A DNA stretch of 14,148 nt from Myxococcota bacterium (GTDB lineage Bacteria; Myxococcota; UBA4151), in contig JBDQPD010000092.1 in assembly GCA_040260805.1 (NCBI GenBank), positions 1-14,148 of the forward strand. The letters run 5' to 3'. Positions 12,447 through 14,148 of the stretch are shown piece after piece. The first letter of the stretch is position 1, and each line of letters opens with the position of its first letter. The position numbers and the translations under genes were made by a program. Under the pieces are notes generated by a model, which made no database searches, was not told the DNA's origin, and worked only from the letters and a program-made list of their open reading frames with translations.

Positions 12447-14148
12447 ATGGCAGACTGTCGTCACCGCCGGATATTCCGGAGCGGGGGCAGTTTGTATCGA
12501 ATCGGTCTAATACTCGCGATGACTGCATTGCTGACCGCCTGTCCCAAGGAGTTTATTCCTGGGCAGCCGCCGTGTCGCGGCAATACAGACTGCAACACCA
12601 CTTTCATCGGTTCTGAGTTCGACGGGTACGTCTGTGACGCCAAGACGAAACGTTGCCGGCCTCCCGAGACGTTCTGCAGCGACGGGGTCGTCCATGACGA
12701 TGAACAGTGCGATGACGGTAACGTGGATCCGGGCGACGGCTGCGGACCCAAATGCAAACTCGAGATCTGCGGTGACGGGATCGAGCATCCCGGCGAGCAA
12801 TGTGATGACGGTAACGACATCGAAACCGACGCTTGCCGTGTCGATTGCACCTTTGCGCGCTGCGGTGACGGGATCTTACGCAACGACCTGGACCGGACGT
12901 TGCCTGGTTATGAGCAGTGTGATGACGGCAACACCGATGACGACGATGACTGTCTGAGTAACTGCACCTCAGCGGCCTGCGGTGATGGCTTTGTCGGGCC
13001 GGGCGAGGACTGCGATGACGGTAACGAAGACAACGATGACGCCTGCCGAGACAACTGCGTGGCGGCGACTTGCGGTGACGGCATTGTTCGCACGGACCTC
13101 GGGGCGGGTCAGCCCGGCTTTGAAACATGCGATGACGGAAACGCCGATGATGACGATGCGTGTTTGACCAATTGTCGCCCTGCGGCTTGCGGCGATGGGA
13201 TTCGTCGTCGAGACCTGCGCGTCTCGGACGACGGCTATGAAGCTTGCGATGATGGCAACGAGAGTGATTTAGACTTTTGCCGAAGTGATTGCCGAACGGC
13301 TCGCTGTGGTGATGGGCGCGTCCAACGGCTGAGCCTGCGCGATCGTGAGGTCACGCCTCCCGCCAATCGCGGCGACATGACCGACGGTGGACTGATCGGG
13401 GGCGACGCAGGCGGCCCGCCTCAAGGTGACGGGTTTTGGGTTCTTGAAGATTGCGACGACGGCAACACGCAGAACAATGATGGCTGCTCATCGGATTGCT
13501 TCGAAGAGCGTTGCGGCGATGGCATCCGCCAAAGTGATGAAGGTTGTGATGACGCCGATGAAGAGAACCACAACGCCTGTCGGAACAACTGCCAGGTCGC
13601 TCGTTGCGGTGATGGGGTGGTTCGAAATGATCTCGCACCCGAGCACGAAGACTACGAGATGTGCGATGACGGCAACGAGAACGAGGACGACGAGTGCTAC
13701 GGCGACTGCACCCCTAGAGGCTGCGGCGATGGTATTCTAGCCGGCGGTGAAATCTGCGATGACGGCAATGAAAACAGCAACGATGGCTGCCCAGCGTCTT
13801 GCCGTCCGGCTCGTTGTGGCGACGGCTTTGTCCGAACCGACGTGGGCGAAACCGACTTACGCTTCGAAATCTGCGATGACGGCAACACCAACGACAACGA
13901 CGGCTGCCGAAACAACTGCACCTTCGCTCGCTGCGGCGATGGCGTCACGCGCGACGACTTAGAAGCTGGTCAGCCTGGGTTCGAAGCTTGCGATGATGGC
14001 AACCACTTCAACAATGACGGCTGCCGTCGAGACGGCACCGAGCCGCGCTGCGGTGACGGCAACCTGCGCCGTGACCTGGCGCCAGGCCAAGCCGGTTATG
14101 AAGCCTGTGATGACGGGAACCAGTCCGACACGGACAGCTGCACTAATC
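12447..14148 (+). CDS. Large cysteine-rich repeat (Myxococcus Cys-rich/DUF4215-like) lipoprotein, 3'-truncated; absent from the supplied ORF track
   Basis: Manual translation gives a stop-free frame of 567 codons from the ATG at 12447 (in-frame TAA at 12435) to the window end; alternative start TTG 12492. Signal peptide LYRIGLILAMTALLTA-C (Cys at 12540), a 4-Cys module at 12573-12656, then 13 units of C[GS]DG-x-ExCDD[GA][ND]xxxx[DN]xCxxxC. Confidence 0.93.
   Translation, partial: MADCRHRRIFRSGGSLYRIGLILAMTALLTACPKEFIPGQPPCRGNTDCNTTFIGSEFDGYVCDAKTKRCRPPETFCSDGVVHDDEQCDDGNVDPGDGCGPKCKLEICGDGIEHPGEQCDDGNDIETDACRVDCTFARCGDGILRNDLDRTLPGYEQCDDGNTDDDDDCLSNCTSAACGDGFVGPGEDCDDGNEDNDDACRDNCVAATCGDGIVRTDLGAGQPGFETCDDGNADDDDACLTNCRPAACGDGIRRRDLRVSDDGYEACDDGNESDLDFCRSDCRTARCGDGRVQRLSLRDREVTPPANRGDMTDGGLIGGDAGGPPQGDGFWVLEDCDDGNTQNNDGCSSDCFEERCGDGIRQSDEGCDDADEENHNACRNNCQVARCGDGVVRNDLAPEHEDYEMCDDGNENEDDECYGDCTPRGCGDGILAGGEICDDGNENSNDGCPASCRPARCGDGFVRTDVGETDLRFEICDDGNTNDNDGCRNNCTFARCGDGVTRDDLEAGQPGFEACDDGNHFNNDGCRRDGTEPRCGDGNLRRDLAPGQAGYEACDDGNQSDTDSCTN
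12675..14148 (+). repeat. Tandem array of 13 Cys/Asp-rich coding repeats (93-nt and 117-nt classes, one 207-nt unit)
   Basis: Unit starts at 12675, 12768, 12861, 12978, 13071, 13188, 13305, 13512, 13605, 13722, 13815, 13932 and 14049 (last unit truncated). Confidence 0.95.

Noticed and set aside
12461..13962. Short ORFs on both strands with repeated 'MPSPQ', 'LPSSHCS' and 'MTAT' motifs
   Set aside because: They are antisense and off-frame shadows of the CGDG/CDDGN repeats in the real + strand frame starting at 12447.
12675..14148. Periodic TGCGGTGACGG / TGCGATGACGGCAAC DNA repeats as a possible CRISPR array
   Set aside because: The repeats are short, degenerate at third codon positions, spaced in multiples of 3 and coding. 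No cas genes are present.

Overview
GC-rich bacterial chromosomal window, most likely from a Myxococcota/deltaproteobacterial-type organism (inferred from the 'CGDG..E.CDDGN' cysteine-rich repeats, a MopE-like Cys motif and several lipoproteins). Gene order: mutL (5'-truncated) > miaA > < hutH < Cys-motif/beta-propeller-like lipoprotein | NlpC/P60-CHAP lipoprotein > < oppC-like < oppB-like < oppA-like (no ATPase gene in the operon) | EI24/CysZ-like + LEA_2-like membrane protein > large cysteine-rich repeat lipoprotein > (runs off the 3' end and is missing from the supplied ORF track). The most unusual object is the peptide ABC transporter. Its OppB/DppB-type permease has a 132-aa insert that splits the conserved 'YGL|DKPL' motif and resembles one complete lobe of a PstS-type periplasmic binding protein without its phosphate-binding motif. 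It also carries about four extra hydrophobic helices, and the partner permease carries two. The Cys-rich protein shows a six-unit higher-order repeat. No RNA genes, CRISPR arrays or mobile elements were recognised. Family assignments come from motif recognition by eye, not from database searches.
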